A DNA stretch of 64,000 nt from the human T2T-CHM13v2.0 reference genome, Homo sapiens: assembly GCF_009914755.1 (NCBI RefSeq), contig NC_060935.1, one strand, 5' to 3'. The position numbers were made by a program, and so were the translations under genes. This document shows, one piece after another, positions 57,701 through 64,000 of the stretch. The notes beneath the pieces were generated by a model that did no database searches, was not told the DNA's origin, and saw only the letters and a list, made by a program, of their open reading frames with translations. Within the stretch, counting starts at the first letter, position 1. The number at the start of each line of letters is the position of its first letter.

Positions 57701-58762
57701 TCATCCAATCGGGTTTATGAGCTTAGCTAATGTGTGTCTGCCCCTAAGAGCTAAAGCTGCCCTGGGGCCTCCCAGTCTCTTCCTTAGCCAGGCAGTGTGG
57801 TTCTGAGTACCAGAAAGCTCCTGAGGAAAACCCTCTGCCAAAATGGAACACCAAGGGAAAAGGATAAAAGCAACAATTTTGGACCAGGCTGGCATGAACT
57901 GTGATCCCAGTCTGCCATACTTATTTTTTTATTCTAAAATAACAGAGATAACATACACAATGGGCTTTCTAACTTGCCACTTTTCCCTTATCTTTTTTCC
58001 CTTTGTGAACCTAAAACATCATGTTCTTTCATGCAGTCTTTCAAAAAGAAGGAAAGAAAAAAAAAAGAAAACAACAACAACAAAAAAAATCCTTGGACAT
58101 TCCAGTTCTCTGCTGGCCCAGAGAAGAACAGACTATCTGATATTTCAGCTGGAAGGCAGGGTGGCAGATTCTTTCCAATGGGGTGGCGACTTCCTCCTTA
58201 CTTTCAGAACACACCCCTTCCCAAAAATACGCCCTCTTGGGCAAGTAGCACAAAGGGAGCAGACCCGGCTCTGGGCGTCAGCAAATGCCCACATCCCTTC
58301 CTTTTCCTTTTATACCCAGTGGCCTGGGAATGGCACAAGAGCTTGGGGAATTTGCCCCACCAGTCTGTGTGTGGCGTGGTCAGGCCCGGGAGTGGCCTCT
58401 CTCTCATCTCTTACCCTCTTGATCCATCTTCCAAAACAACTGCTAGAAGTAATTTTCCTGAAACCCAAATCGGATCATTATTTCATTCCACCTGCTTATG
58501 CTTGTTAACTTGTCATGGCCTTTTGTGCCCCCCAAAAGGGTTCTCAATCTCTAGCCTGGGGTCTATGCATGGTTAGCTACAAAAGAATGATCTTATTCAG
58601 ATGCAGATTCTAGGCGGTGGCTCACGCCTGTAATCCCAGCACTTTGGGAGGCTGAGGAGGGCAGATCACTTGAGGTCAGGAGTTTGAGACCCGCCTGGCC
58701 AGCATGGTGAAACCCCATCCCTCCTAAAAATACAAAAAAAAAAAAAAAAAAAAAAAAAATTA

Positions 58763-59002
<240 letters not shown>

Positions 59003-59187
59003 TCAAATTAGCTTTGGTCAAAAAAGAAATTCAGACTGGTGTGGTGGCTGATCCTTGTAATCTTAGGACTTTGGGAGGCCCCTGCAGGAGGATCCCTTGA
59101 GCCCAGGAATTCGAGACCAGCCTGGGCAACATAACAAGACCCCATCTCTACAAACAAACAAACAAACCCACTATTTCCTTTGAATAG

Positions 59188-60196
<1,009 letters not shown>

Positions 60197-60619
60197 TGAA
60201 ACCCCATCTCTACGGGGTTTCACCATATTGGCCAGGCTGGTCTTGAACTCCTGGCCTCGTGATCCACCCACTTATGCCTCCCAAAGTGCTGGGATTACAG
60301 GCGTGAGCCACCACGCCCAGCCGAAAGAATTGTTTATTACTTACATTTCCCCAGAGAAGTGGGCATGGCACGCCTCACATGCAGACCCAAATGGAGAAAC
60401 ACCAGGTTTGGTCAGGAGGCAGAAAGGAGTGAGGGGAAGGCATAGGCCACAGCCTTTATTGGGGTTTCAGCAGAAAAATCAAAGCATGGTTGGGTAAACT
60501 GTTTAGATCAGTTGGATACATTAAATATGAATAGGAAAAAAAAAAAAAAAAAAGCAGACCAGGCACGGTGGCTCACGCCTGTAACCCCAGCACTTTGGGA
60601 GGCCTAGGCGGGTGGATCA

Positions 60620-60874
<255 letters not shown>

Positions 60875-61079
60875 CTAGTTTGAATAATTCCAGCAGGTAG
60901 CTGGGTGTGGTGGTGTATATCTGTTGTCCTACAGGAGGATCTGAGACAGGAGGATTGCTGCGCCTAGGAGTTTGAGTTTATAGTGAGCAATGATTATACC
61001 ACTGCACTCCAGCTTGGGCAAAAGAGCAAGACCCTGTCTCTAAATAAATATATAAATACATACATATGTTTTAAAAAGT

Positions 61080-61910
<831 letters not shown>

Positions 61911-62138
61911 CAAAAGCATCTTAATCATAACACTTATTGCCCTTTATTGTAATTTTTCGGTTTTCATCTCTGCCTCCTCTACTCAACATGAGTAGGTTCT
62001 GTCTCCAGTTCTTGAATTCTGCCCCAACACAATAGTGTGCTCATTAAAACACTGGCAGAAGGAAGATGAACCTGTTGATGGCAAGCAATGGCTACAGGCT
62101 GAGTGTTGATTATCTGCTTTATATTACGTATTGGTTTT

Positions 62139-62173
62139 CTACACTTGATCTTAGCCAAAAGGCTGAGAAGACA
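62139..62173 (-). pseudogene. U2 snRNA 5'-fragment retrocopy (about nt 1-36), no poly(A)
   Basis: Reverse complement reads CTTCTCAGCCTTTTGGCTAAGATCAAGTGTAG, the U2 5' end with one transition. Flanked by a 17-bp direct repeat TA(C/T)GTATTGGTTTTCTA (62125-62141 and 62174-62190). Confidence 0.9.
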
Positions 62174-62175
62174 TA

Positions 62176-63045
<870 letters not shown>

Positions 63046-63809
63046 CCTCTACAATTAGCTATGATTTATTGAGAATCTGCTGTGTACCAGACACTATACT
63101 CAGCACTTTTCATTAATTATTTCATTTCATCCTCAAACAATCTTAAGAGATAAATACTAGATAATACTAAACAACCTTAAGAGTTAAACAACTAGAGTTG
63201 TTTTACAGATTTGGAAATTGAAGCTCAGAGAAACTGGTGTTTGACTTGTTCAAAGTTCCACAACCAATAAGTTTAACTTATTCAAACTTCAAAGTTCCAC
63301 TTATTCAAACTTCAAAGTTCCACAACCAATAAGTGACAAATTGGGAACTCAAACCCAAGACTATTTGATCTTAAAACCACTCCTGTGCTTTGATTCTCTC
63401 CTTTTAAATAGTTTGTCCAGAAAACTTGTTTAAAAATCGTCCCCTTCTTCCTCTTTCTAAAGGGTAACGACAGAAGTAGGAAACACACATTCTTTGCTTT
63501 GCTTTTCTTGAAAGCCCTTAGTTGAGAGATTCTTAGTTGAGATTCTTGAATTCATATTTTCAAGCATAGTCAGAATGGATACTTCCTGCTAAGAAGAAGC
63601 CAGCGCTTCTAGGAAATGTTATGTTGCAGAATTAGGGCAGCCTGCCACAGCACGAGACAAAACCTGACCTGGATTTTATCAACACCATTAGAAAATAATT
63701 GTAGTGATGCCTCATAGTTATGTAGTAAGTTATAAATTAATTTCTCAGCCGGGCACGGTGGCTCAGGCCTGTAATCCCAGCATTTTAGGAGGCTGAGGTG
63801 GGTGGATCA

Positions 63810-63998
<189 letters not shown>

Positions 63999-64000
63999 CT

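Noticed and set aside
57843-58576. Longest non-Alu ORFs (221 aa and 200 aa, + strand)
   Set aside because: They overlap in different frames, cross an A-rich simple repeat, resemble no protein family I know, and have no promoter or splice context. Most likely chance.
63249-63334. Repeat-spacer appearance reminiscent of a CRISPR array
   Set aside because: Eukaryotic DNA, overlapping duplications without unique spacers, and no cas genes. Reported as micro-duplication instead.

Overview
Primate (human-like) genomic DNA that I recognise as the 5' end of the nucleoporin gene NUP160 (human 11p11.2), on the minus strand. Coding exons 1-7 lie between 25363 and 12590. All have GT-AG boundaries and together give 1101 nt (367 codons) in one frame. 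The long intron 7 runs off the left edge of the window. A CpG-island promoter sits at about 24830-25760, followed by about 38 kb of upstream DNA with no recognisable gene. The window is very Alu-dense and also holds L1, L2, MIR, CR1/L3, hAT and Tigger DNA transposon remnants, several solo LTRs with intact target-site duplications (LTR8-like, MER21-like, two MER41, MER11, MaLR), a YPEL5 processed pseudogene in intron 2 and a tailless U2 snRNA retrocopy. Almost all ORFs in the supplied track are Alu or simple-repeat artefacts. I found no convincing novel biological system. The most interesting observations are structural: an exact 406-bp Alu-Alu tandem duplication with a chimeric Alu, several template-switch-like hairpins (one centred between inverted Alus in NUP160 intron 4), a multi-layer nested transposon stack in intron 7, and candidate regulatory motifs (CTCF, PU.1/IRF composite, GAS in a MER41). 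Repeat family names come from my recall of consensus sequences, not from a RepeatMasker run.
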